DNA of 64,000 nucleotides from an uncultured delta proteobacterium (GCA_963790475.1 CAWBOS010000011.1:160001-224000); one strand, 5' to 3'. Shown: positions 10,223 through 18,955, counted from the first letter of the stretch. The notes: generated by a model not told the origin, from the letters alone. Program-made: numbers and translations.

Positions 10223-10621
10223 CTAATCGATTTCTGAAGACCGGTTGTCTGCCGAAGCCAGAGTTAAGACTTTTCGTTTGATATCAGCTCGTTCCCCGAA
10301 GTTGATCAATAGCCCTACCTCCAGGCCGGTGGCCTTCAAGTAATTAACCAACTGGGCCTCATGGGCCGGATGGAGTTCTTTAACTGATTTGAGTTCCAGG
10401 ATTATCCGGTCTTCCACCAGGATATCAACTAAGTATTCCCCGACGACCATGCCGTCATAAGAAACTTGGATGGGAGTTTCCCTGAATGCCTTCAGGCCGT
10501 TCTTTTCCAGTTCGATGAGAAGAGCATTCTGGTAGACATTTTCCAGAAAGCCAAAGCCCAGGATTTTGTGGACCTTATAGACGCATTGGATAATCCGGCC
10601 GGTTATGTCCTGGTGTTTCAT
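10223..10621 (-). CDS. GxxExxY protein, copy 3
   Basis: Three amino-acid differences from copy 1. Confidence 0.92.
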   Translation of the reverse strand: MKHQDITGRIIQCVYKVHKILGFGFLENVYQNALLIELEKNGLKAFRETPIQVSYDGMVVGEYLVDILVEDRIILELKSVKELHPAHEAQLVNYLKATGLEVGLLINFGERADIKRKVLTLASADNRSSEID

Positions 10622-10935
10622 TTTATTGACAGGCAGTAAATTAAGTTAAAGAAATTTTGGCACGGATTGCACGGATGGACACGGCCAATCGGCATAGAGC
10701 AAAGGGCATAGAGCATAAAGTATAGGGCTAACAAACCGGCATAGGGTTTCTCAAGAACTCGGGGAGCCGATTTCTTGAGCCCGGCGATCCTCCGGGGGCG
10801 GAACAAAAAAAATGCAAAAGACAAGAGCTTATTTTTGGCACGGGTCCGGATGGCCGGACACGCGGATGGACACGGTTAACCACTGGGTCACTTTTGTCAG
10901 TGGGCGGAGCCTCTGATCCTCGGGACGGCGGCCAG

Positions 10936-11163
10936 TTAAACCCCCACTTTTTCTTTTAACCAGTCGTTGATCAAACTGTCTTCATTGATCCGTAATTTTT
11001 TGGCCTGTTTTTTAATTATTTCATACAATCCATTCTCAATTCCTACATACTTCTTCTTTTTTAATTTAAATCGAAGCCCTTTTACTTCCTCAGTATCTGG
11101 AAATTCAGTAAAATCATGGCGGTCCCAAAATTCCGAGGCCTGATCTATTGACATGTTCTCCAT
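10936..11163 (-). CDS. BrnA/CopG-like antitoxin
   Basis: SIDQASEFWDRHDFTEF motif and RHH-like C-terminus. Confidence 0.7.
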   Translation of the reverse strand: MENMSIDQASEFWDRHDFTEFPDTEEVKGLRFKLKKKKYVGIENGLYEIIKKQAKKLRINEDSLINDWLKEKVGV

Positions 11164-11167
11164 TTTT

Positions 11168-11227
11168 TTACTTTTTTGCATATCTTTTTCTTTCATTTTT
11201 GTTCATATCCCTGGCGGTCACAATCAA
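11168..11227 (-). pseudogene. C-terminal remnant of BrnT-family toxin
   Basis: LIVTARDMNKNERKRYAKK*, fused directly to a partial R1 at 11228-11248. Confidence 0.7.
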
Positions 11228-11495
11228 GATTACACGGATTGCACGGTTCTTTCAAAATTAAGGCTGTCTCTCGCCCGCTTCCTTCGTTCGCTCAAGCGCG
11301 CAGAGGGCGCAGAGCGGGACCTTTTATCTTGGCCTGAATCTTTGAGAAGGAGATTCCGGCAAGCCGGCTCAGCCTTCGGCGGCTAACCGGGTTAAGATAA
11401 AAAAACCTTTTGGCACGGATTACACGGATAGACACGGTTAACCACTTGGGTAATCAAGAACTCGGGGAGCCGATTTCTTGAGGACTGCTGTCAAG

Positions 11496-11870
11496 TCAAG
11501 TCCGCATGCTGACACTTCCGGGTTGCGGCTTCCGGACACGAAATTTCGTACTCAAGGCAATAACAATCGCTCCGGATTCCAAATCCCGGCTATGCCGATC
11601 CATGACATCACGCAAAAGCTTTATTCTCTCAAAGCGCGGCAAGTTTTCCAAACGTAGGACACCACAATGAGGCTCACCTTGTCGCCATATCATTTCCTCG
11701 AAATCGTTATCTGTCGTAATAATAATCCGGTGTTCCTTTATGGCCCAATTCAAAATCTCATTGTCACTCATCTTGGGGTCCTTCTGACCGACTTCGACTA
11801 TGTCATGCCCCTGGTGAATCAACCATTGAGCCACAACCCCACTTGCGTTAACATCCAACAAGAAGTTCAT
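11496..11870 (-). CDS. DUF5615 PIN-like (VapC45-type) toxin
   Basis: MNFLLDVN...SDNEIL...IIITTDNDF motif. Confidence 0.85.
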   Translation of the reverse strand: MNFLLDVNASGVVAQWLIHQGHDIVEVGQKDPKMSDNEILNWAIKEHRIIITTDNDFEEMIWRQGEPHCGVLRLENLPRFERIKLLRDVMDRHSRDLESGAIVIALSTKFRVRKPQPGSVSMRT

Positions 11871-11875
11871 GAAGA

Positions 11876-12115
11876 TTAGCCAACTGCGACACGATCAAAA
11901 ACATCTTCTCGGGCAACCATATGATGCGCATAGAGCAAAACAGCACGGAAATCATCCGGCTCCAGTTGGGGATAGTCTTGAAGGATCTCTTCTTGTGTAG
12001 CTCCTTTGGCCAATAGCTCCAACACCATTTCGACAGATATCCTCAGACCTCGAATAAGAGGTTTTCCACAAAGAACCTCCTTATTAAAGGTGATACGATT
12101 TAATAGATCCTGCAT
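11876..12115 (-). CDS. DUF433 antitoxin
   Basis: RITFNKEVLCGKPLIRGLRISVEMVLELLAKGATQEEILQDYPQL; start at ATG 12115 after a GGGAGG RBS. Confidence 0.9.
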   Translation of the reverse strand: MQDLLNRITFNKEVLCGKPLIRGLRISVEMVLELLAKGATQEEILQDYPQLEPDDFRAVLLYAHHMVAREDVFDRVAVG

Positions 12116-12391
12116 TGTTGCCCTCCCAAAATATTTATTATTTGAAAGTTTATAGGGGTACAACCAAATTGTCAAGGAAGGCTTCTTTTTGTCACGGGTC
12201 CGGATGGGCCGGACACTAGGATGGACACGATTAATCACTCAGACTTCTACAGAAATCGGCTAATCGATTTCTGTAGACCACGTTCTTCATTCTGTTCAGT
12301 TATTCTGTTCGTCTGTGCGGTCTATTTGGTTTGTTTCGTCAGGGCCTAAGTCAAAGACAATCATATTGAATCGGGAGATGGTCGTCAAAAA

Positions 12392-12541
12392 TCAGGCCCA
12401 AGCAGTCAATCGGGTGCGAAAATAGTCGATGGTCTCCTGCAGCCCTTCTTCCAACTCTACGCCAGGCCACCAATTTAAATATTTTTGGGCCAGGGTAATG
12501 TCGGGTTTTCGTTGGATCGGGTCGTCCTGGGGCAGGGGCTT
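12392..12541 (-). pseudogene. 3' tail of UDP-glucuronate decarboxylase-like SDR, copy 3 (diverged)
   Basis: [49 protein letters not shown]; same 5' breakpoint as the other two copies. Confidence 0.8.
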
Positions 12542-12900
12542 TTTTGAGCCCGGCCGTCCGCCGGGGGCGGAACTAAAAAAAAAGCAAAAGACAAAGACAT
12601 TTTTGGCACGGATTGCACGGATGGACACGGCCAATCGGCATAGAGCAAAGGGCATAGAGCATAGAGTATAGGGCTAACATACCGGCATAGGGTTTCTCAA
12701 GAACTCGGGGAGCCGATTTCTTGAGCCCGGCGATCCTCCGGGGGCGGAAAAGAGGCAAATACAAAAGCTAAAGGAATTTTTTGGCACGGATTGCACGGAT
12801 GGACACGGTTAAAGGCCCTTGAGTTTCTTCTGAAATCGGGCTTCCGATTTCAGAAGAAAAATCCCCCTCCTGGCGGAGGAACGCAATAAAAGGATTTTCT

Positions 12901-13110
12901 TTAAGCGTAGGCCAGCTTTCCTTTGGGTTCCGGGGTTTCTCTCCCCAATTCCTGAGCTGTTTTAAGCCATTCGGGAATTACTCCCTGGGCATTTTCTACT
13001 GCTTCCCCGTAGGTTTTTCCATCGGCCATACACCCGGGAAGCTCAGGAACTTCCACAATAAAGCACCCATCCTCAGCGCTCCAATAAACAACCAGTTCGT
13101 ACTTAAACAT
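12901..13110 (-). CDS. hicB: HicB-family antitoxin
   Basis: YWSAEDGCFIVEVPELPGCMADGKTYGEAV motif. Confidence 0.9.
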   Translation of the reverse strand: MFKYELVVYWSAEDGCFIVEVPELPGCMADGKTYGEAVENAQGVIPEWLKTAQELGRETPEPKGKLAYA

Positions 13111-13364
13111 CTATGACCTCACTGTGAATTTTATATTGGAGAATGATCTTTCTAATTTGTTTGACCTGATAAGCCTTTGCCTTGCCGTCCCTCAAAGGTT
13201 GGAGGTTAATGATCTCGGGAATTCCGCTTCGATAAAAGATATAAAGGTCACCATTTATTCTCTCGAAGAATCCCAAACCGGTCAAGAGCCTTCTGATATC
13301 ATTTAAATCGTATGTTGTTATCGGCTAACCCGGAGAGAACGCTGTTCAATAGTTTTGTTTCCAT
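13103..13364 (-). pseudogene. HicA-family toxin, frameshifted near 13302, conserved His absent
   Basis: METKLLNSVLSGLADNNIRF / DIRRLLTGLGFFERINGDLYIF...AKAYQVKQIR. Confidence 0.75.
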
Positions 13365-13952
13365 CAATCCTACCTTAATATTTTAGGCTACTGGATTGGG
13401 ATAGGTACCAATTATAAGTGTTTTTGATCCCTTCTGCAAAACTTATTTTCGGCTATCCTTGTCCCTGTGGGTTTGGGGTCAAATCTTTATGCTTACATTT
13501 GCTTAGCGTCATAGGAAGGGACGCTCGTTCTGAACGTGCTTGAACCAGGGACAGGTCTATTTTCTTGGCATTGAATGATCTTAGCTCATAGCTCATTACT
13601 GATAGATCATTGGAAAAACAGGAAACAATACTCAAAGGTCTGTTCGGTCTATCTGGTCTATTTGGTTTGTTGGGTCTGTTTGGTCAGTTAAAAGACTGCA
13701 AAGATAAGCGCTTCTTTTTGGCACGGATTACACGGATTTCACGGTTCTTTCAAAATCAAAACTTTCTCTCGCCCGCTTCCTTCGGTCGCTCAAGCGCGCA
13801 GAGGGCGCTGAGAGGGGCGGGGTTTTCTTTTTCATTGCGGTTGAGAGGGACCGCAATGAAAAGCAAGCTCGGCCTGCGGCATTTTCCAGTCAGTTTTGTC
13901 TGTTTGGTTGATCTGGCTTGTTTTGGTCTAAACGAACCAGGATATGGAATAA

Positions 13953-14088
13953 TTATTTCCTGGATTTTGCTTTCTTATATATTCCCTCCCGTGAACCAAT
14001 AACCGTAACCGTTATCGTCCTCCCCTCAATGCAATAGACAATTCTATATTCCGGCCGTCGTCCAAAATGATAAGAGATATCCCTCCAT
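13953..14088 (-). pseudogene. C-terminal half of RelE-family toxin
   Basis: SYHFGRRPEYRIVYCIEGRTITVTVIGSREGIYKKAKSRK*, directly after the DUF2281-like gene. Confidence 0.7.
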
Positions 14089-14092
14089 GGAG

Positions 14093-14308
14093 TTATCGAT
14101 ATTCCTTCTGCAACTCTGCCAGACTTATAAATTTTTTCCCGGCTTTTCTATCCTCGCCGGCCTCCCGGCCTCTTTGGTTGACATAGCGGATGAACCACTC
14201 ATCCTCTTTAAGCTTTAAATATTCGACAAAATCGAAAACCTCTTTAATCTTCTTCTCCGGGAGGTCCTGGATATCATTTATAAGCTTTTGTTTTAAAGAA
14301 TAAGCCAT
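14093..14308 (-). CDS. DUF2281-like antitoxin
   Basis: IQDLPEKKIKEVFDFVEYLK motif. Confidence 0.75.
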   Translation of the reverse strand: MAYSLKQKLINDIQDLPEKKIKEVFDFVEYLKLKEDEWFIRYVNQRGREAGEDRKAGKKFISLAELQKEYR

Positions 14309-14702
14309 GGCTTATCTCTCCTTAGTTTTTCTTCTAATTTATCATATTCTTTTTAATTTTTCCAGTTGTCCATTTCATTCAGTTATTGTCTCTCCTGCCC
14401 TATCTCGTCTGGTTGGCATAGGGCAAAGGGCGATCTAATCTGTTTGGTCTATCTGGTTTGTTGGGTTGCTTTGGTTTATTGGGTTTATTGGGTTTGTCGG
14501 CTTGTTCATAAGTTCATAACTGATAGCTGTGAATAGCTCATAGCTGATAGCTCATAGCGTAAAAGTCAAATGTTTTTTGGCACGGATTACGCAGATGGAC
14601 ACGGTTTAATTCTGGTCTGGTCTGTTTGGTCGATTAGGTTCATTGGGTTTGTTGGGTTTGTCGGGTTGTTCCGGGGAAAGACGGCATGGTCGGGGGTGAA
14701 CC

Positions 14703-14912
14703 TTAGGCTGCTTGGAGTTTTTTATCCATCTGTTTAATGACGTCTTTAAATAGTTGGGAGGCTTGAAAAACCTCAACCCCGATCAGGTTACCGGCCTTGT
14801 CTAATTCCATATTTACGTTCGGACTAAGCTCCACTACTTCCTCTTCCTGTCCTTCCCTGCCCAGATACAAGATATCCTCTCGATCATCATAAAAAACCTT
14901 AAATCCTTCCAT
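14703..14912 (-). CDS. DUF2283 antitoxin-like protein
   Basis: VFYDDREDILYL...ELDKAGNLIGVEVFQAS motif. Confidence 0.85.
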   Translation of the reverse strand: MEGFKVFYDDREDILYLGREGQEEEVVELSPNVNMELDKAGNLIGVEVFQASQLFKDVIKQMDKKLQAA

Positions 14913-15189
14913 TACAGACTCCTCCATCTACCGCTGGTTATCCTCTTCCCTTTTTGCCCTTCTTTTAAGGGATGAATGGTTATAATTTTAATCCAGCTTT
15001 CTTCTTCTTTATAAGCTATCATAATTTCCCTTTACCATAAAGTTCTTCCGAGGCCACGGCAACATGATGCCCGCTCAAAATATCCAGATACTTTTCTTTT
15101 GAACTTTCAAAAACTTTTCGGGGAAGGTTTTTATCTATTTTCCTTAAAACCAGTCTGTTTTCAAGGTGTTTAGAATATCTTATTTCCAT
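14912..15189 (-). pseudogene. DUF4258/RelE-like toxin with frameshift near 15030
   Basis: MEIRYSKHLENRLVLRKI... / EIMIAYKEEESWIKIITIHPLKEGQ...SGRWRSL*; TAATG overlap with the DUF2283 gene. Confidence 0.6.
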
Positions 15190-15443
15190 TTTTTGTACGG
15201 CGCTTCAAAAATATGGTTTAGGGTCAAATCTTTATCCTTTGCATTTGCTCAGCGTCACAGGAAGGGACGTTCGGTCTGAACGTGGTCTATTCAGTCTGTT
15301 TCGTCGCATAGGGCAGAGAGCATAGATCAAAGGGCACAGGGCATAGAGCATAGGGCCAACAAACCGGCATTGGGGTTATCAAGAATCGAGCAATCGATTT
15401 CTTGTGGACTGATGTCCGCCGGGGGCGGAACAAAAAGAAAGGG

Positions 15444-15620
15444 TTATAATAGTGAGAGAAATTCTTCTCGTGACAATCCTGCCTGCTCCAGAATTGCCCT
15501 TAAGGTTCCTTTCGGTAATACTTTTCTACTTCCCTTACCTCTTTTGGGGGCATCCAGGAAGCCTCCTTTTCGTAAAGCCTGAATGACCTCCCTTGAAGAA
15601 AGGGATGGCATTCTGGTCAT
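15444..15620 (-). pseudogene. HicA-family toxin with in-frame internal deletion (58 aa)
   Basis: MTRMPSLSSREVIQALRKGGF...RGKGS|RKVLPKGTLRAILEQAGLSREEFLSLL*; the GSH His and following strands are missing. Confidence 0.75.
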
Positions 15621-15856
15621 TAAACAACAGCCTCCAAATGAGCCGTAAATTTTTCTTTAGTTGTCAGGCTTTCTTCGATATCCTCAATCAGATCGAGTTC
15701 TTTGGCGTTGTCCAGATATAATTCCACCGCTTCTTTTAAATTATTGACCGCCTCTTCAAACGTATCCCCACAACTGGCCACCCCTAGTTCAGGACACTTG
15801 GAAACAAACCCTTCCGTCTCTTTCCAGACGACGGCTGTATATTCAAAAATTTTCAT
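15620..15856 (-). CDS. hicB: HicB-family antitoxin
   Basis: FVSKCPELGVASCGDTFEEAVNNLKEAVELYL motif. Confidence 0.9.
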   Translation of the reverse strand: MKIFEYTAVVWKETEGFVSKCPELGVASCGDTFEEAVNNLKEAVELYLDNAKELDLIEDIEESLTTKEKFTAHLEAVV

Positions 15857-16282
15857 AGGGATTCCTTTTACCTATTAATTGGGGTTGTTGGATTTGTTTT
15901 GTTTGATCAATGTTTTTTATATTCAAGATAAAGTCACATAACTAATTATAATAACATAGATTGAGTCTGGTTTCAAGTGTTCCTTTGTTGAGGCTGTTCG
16001 GTCAATCTAGTCTATTTGGTCTGTTTAGTCTGTATGGTCTATAGGGTTCCTTGGGTCCATTGGGTTTGTTGGGTTTGTTGGGTTGTTCAGAAGCTCAAAG
16101 CTGATAGCTGGATTTAGCTCATAGTGCAAAGTCGATAGCGCACAGGAAAAATCAAAGAAGCGGAAAGGTTTCTTTTTGGCACGGATGACATGGATAGCAC
16201 GGTTCTTTCAAAATCAAAACTTTCTCTCGCCCGCTTCCTTCCGTCGCTCAAGCGCGCGGAGGGCGCAGAGAGGACCCATTCT

Positions 16283-16413
16283 CAGACCTTTGAAAAAGTC
16301 TCCTATTACGTCATACCGGCGAAAGCCGGTATCCAGAACCAATTAAAAACACTGGATTCCGTGTCAAGCACGGAATGACGAAAAGGAAGTTGGCATAATA
16401 ATTCAAAGGTCTC
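16283..16413. mobile_element. MITE carrying a CGTC-type REP-like palindrome pair
   Basis: TIR (C/G)AGACCTTTGAA and flanking ATTCT duplication; a related empty site exists near 11310-11345. Confidence 0.75.
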
Positions 16414-16877
16414 ATTCTCTTGGCCTGAATCTTTGAAAAGAAGATTCAAACCAACCGGCTCAGCCTTCGGCGGCTAACCGGGTTAAGATAAAAAAACCTT
16501 TTGGCACGAATGAGTTTAGCTCATAGCTCAAAGCTGATAGGCTCATTGGAAAAGTCAGAAAAGCTTAACGACTTTTTTGGCACGGATTTCACGGATGGAC
16601 ACGGTTAACCTCTGGTCTGTTTGGTGATTTGGTCTATCTGGTCTGCCGGGTCTATTCGGAAGCTCATTGCTGATAGCTCAAAGCTCATAGAAAAACCAGG
16701 GCTTCAGGGCAAGCTACCGCTCCTTCGATTCCGGGAAAGTAAGACCGGTCGATATGGAAGCTCATAGCAAGATAGCTCATAACAAGAAACAGGATTCAAG
16801 GATTCAAGGGGTCGAGGATTCAAGATCACAGAAAAACAGAATCCCCATTCATCTTGTTCAACTCACAGTGAAACCGA

Positions 16878-18315
16878 TCAAACGGCGCCTAAACCTCTTA
16901 AAGCCGCAGGAATAGTCAATACCAGAATCTTGAGATCCAGCCAGAATGACCACTGATCAATATATTGCATATCCATTTTCATCCACTCGGAAAAAGAGAC
17001 ACTGCAGCGGCCGTTGATCTGCCAGAGGCATGTCATTCCGGGTCGGACGCTGAAGCGGCGGCGCTGTCAGTCCTGGTCGAAACCGTTGTAATCTCGAACG
17101 GGCAGGGGTCTCGGGCCGACCAGGCTCATCTCCCCCTTCAGCACGTTGATCAACTGGGGCAGTTCGTCGATACTGGTTTTCCGTAAAAATTTCCCGATGC
17201 CTGTGATCCGGGGATCGTCCTTGATCTTGAAGGCCGGCCCGTCTACCTCGTTCAATGTTTCCAGGGCCGCGATCCTGGCCTCCGCGTCGGCCACCATGGT
17301 CCGGAATTTATAGAGCCGGAAGATCCTCTTGTGGAGCCCGACCCGGTCCTGGACGAAAAAAACAGGCCCCGGGCGAGGTCAGTTTGATCAACAGGGCTGC
17401 AGCCAGGAAAAACGGCGAGAGCACAATCAGCAGGAGCAGAGAGCCGATGAAATCCAGCATATACTTAACCACCACGGGAGTCCCCTCCATCCGCCCGGTG
17501 GAGACGGTGATAAAAGCATCCTCCTCGTTCTCTTCCGGCCGGACCCGGCCCAGTTTCAGGTTGAAGAAGTCCGAAGGGAAGCGGACCAGGATGCCCTGCT
17601 TTTCGCAGTCGGACACGATCTGAGAGATCTGCTGGTAATAGGACTTGATGGGCAGGCAGATGACCACTTCGTCGATAACCGCGGTGCGGAGCAGGGCCGG
17701 CAGGCTGTTGAAGTCGGCCACCAGGTGGTGGCCCGATTTCTCGAAACCCTTCATCCCGGGGCCTTCGTCCACAAAGCCCATGATCCGGTAACCGAACTCC
17801 GGGGTATTCAAAACCTTGTCCACAAAGCGCAGGGCCCGGGAACTGGTGCCGACGAGAAGTATATTTCGCAGGTTCCGTCCCCGGTTCCTGATCTTTTTCA
17901 GCCCGTACTTCAGTATAAGGCGAGCGGCAATGGTCCCCAGGGCAGAGGACCCCCAGAAAACGTCCAGGAAGAGACCGTTGATCAGCCGTATATTGAAGAA
18001 GATTGAGGCGAGCAGCAACACCAAGGTCCCGAGGCTGACGGCCTTGAAGATCTGCCGCATATCTTCCTGACGGGTTGTGAGCCGACGGGAATGGTAGAGC
18101 TTGAAAAAAGAGAAAAGGCCGTGCCAGACCAGAAGGAAGGCCACGCAGATCAGCAGGTTCGAAGCCTTGATCCGCATGGCCAGGACCCGTTCAAAGGAGA
18201 CCCCCTTCATCTCCTGGGAGGTGACCCAGGTGGCGAAAAGGAAATAGCCGGCCAAGGCTGCCAGGTCAAACAGCTTGAGAGCTTTTAAAAGGATTTTACG
18301 GCGGAATGTGCCCAT
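16878..18315 (-). CDS. Priming polyprenyl-phosphate glycosylphosphotransferase (WcaJ/CpsE-like), frameshift near 17370 and in-frame TGA at 17067-17069
   Basis: [43 protein letters not shown] and [14 protein letters not shown] motifs. Confidence 0.9.
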
Positions 18316-18332
18316 GGGTTAGCTCATAATTC

Positions 18333-18475
18333 GAGAGCTTTGAAAAAAATCCCCTTTTGCCCAATCTCAGTGTCAGACTCAAATTTTAATCCTCGAAATA
18401 CTAAATGTATTACTGTGGTTAAAATTTTCATCTTCCTTGACCTTGAACAAAGATTGAACATTTTTCAAAGCTCCC
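18333..18475. mobile_element. MITE-like element
   Basis: TIR G(A/G)GAGCTTTGAAAAA; flanks AATTC / AGTTC form an imperfect target duplication. Confidence 0.6.
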
Positions 18476-18586
18476 AGTTCATTATAGGTTTATTTCAAAG
18501 CACGTTTCGCTCAAGAAGCCAAGAGCTCAAGGTTTACTTTTTCTTTTTTCCTTCGTGTCCCTTATGCCTTGGCAGTAAAACAGGCC

Positions 18587-18955
18587 TTAAGATGATTTAG
18601 AGACGTTAAGTCCCGCTACCACCTTATGAGGAAAATTATTAATCCAGGCCACTTTCCCCGCTCGGGGAAGTTCTTCAAGGGTAAAGTTTAGACTTTGTCC
18701 AACAGTCAGAGGCAGCGGCTTGAAAACCTCAATTCCTAAACCCCGGTGGGAGCAATCGAAGGTTTGGGCTTCTACAGGCCTTCCTCTCCATATAAAATTA
18801 AAAAGGATTTGGCGTTTTTCCCGGTGTTCTCTCCTTTTTTCAGGACCATATTTCCCGCTGAATATTTTTCCACAATAGCTACAGGGGGAGAAAGCTTCTA
18901 CCGAAGCAGAATAGGTATATTGACCACAGGCTGGACAGTTAATCCGCAGCATCAT
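18587..18955 (-). CDS. PilZ-domain protein with N-terminal CxxC/CxxC zinc ribbon
   Basis: EKRREHR (RxxxR) and DCSHRG (DxSxxG); CPACG and CSYCG. Confidence 0.75.
   Translation of the reverse strand: MMLRINCPACGQYTYSASVEAFSPCSYCGKIFSGKYGPEKRREHREKRQILFNFIWRGRPVEAQTFDCSHRGLGIEVFKPLPLTVGQSLNFTLEELPRAGKVAWINNFPHKVVAGLNVSKSS

Larger units (their letters stand above)
2451..16608 (+). repeat. R1 dispersed direct repeat family, consensus TTTTGGCACGGATT(A/G)C(A/G)CGGATGGACACGGTTA
   Basis: Copies read at about 2451, 5122, 5921, 6068, 6191, 6684, 8040, 8183, 8315, 8454, 8895, 10163, 10655, 10832, 11408, 12186, 12600, 12777, 13715, 14573, 16173, 16573; partial at 11228 and 16499. All share one orientation. 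Confidence 0.95.

Noticed and set aside
5992-14002. Short ORFs such as 5992-6201, 6670-6879, 8004-8462, 10618-10824, 12573-12764 and 13610-14002
   Set aside because: They are translations of R1 and heptamer repeats ([26 protein letters not shown]) rather than credible genes.
4846-16870. Classical integron cassette array
   Set aside because: No tyrosine integrase lies in the window and the units lack the RYYYAAC...GTTRRRY arrangement after stop codons. A covariance-model scan would be needed to exclude it fully.
17067-17069. Selenocysteine or TGA recoding
   Set aside because: The position corresponds to a Trp-like site, TGA is used as a stop in other genes here, and I recognised no SECIS.
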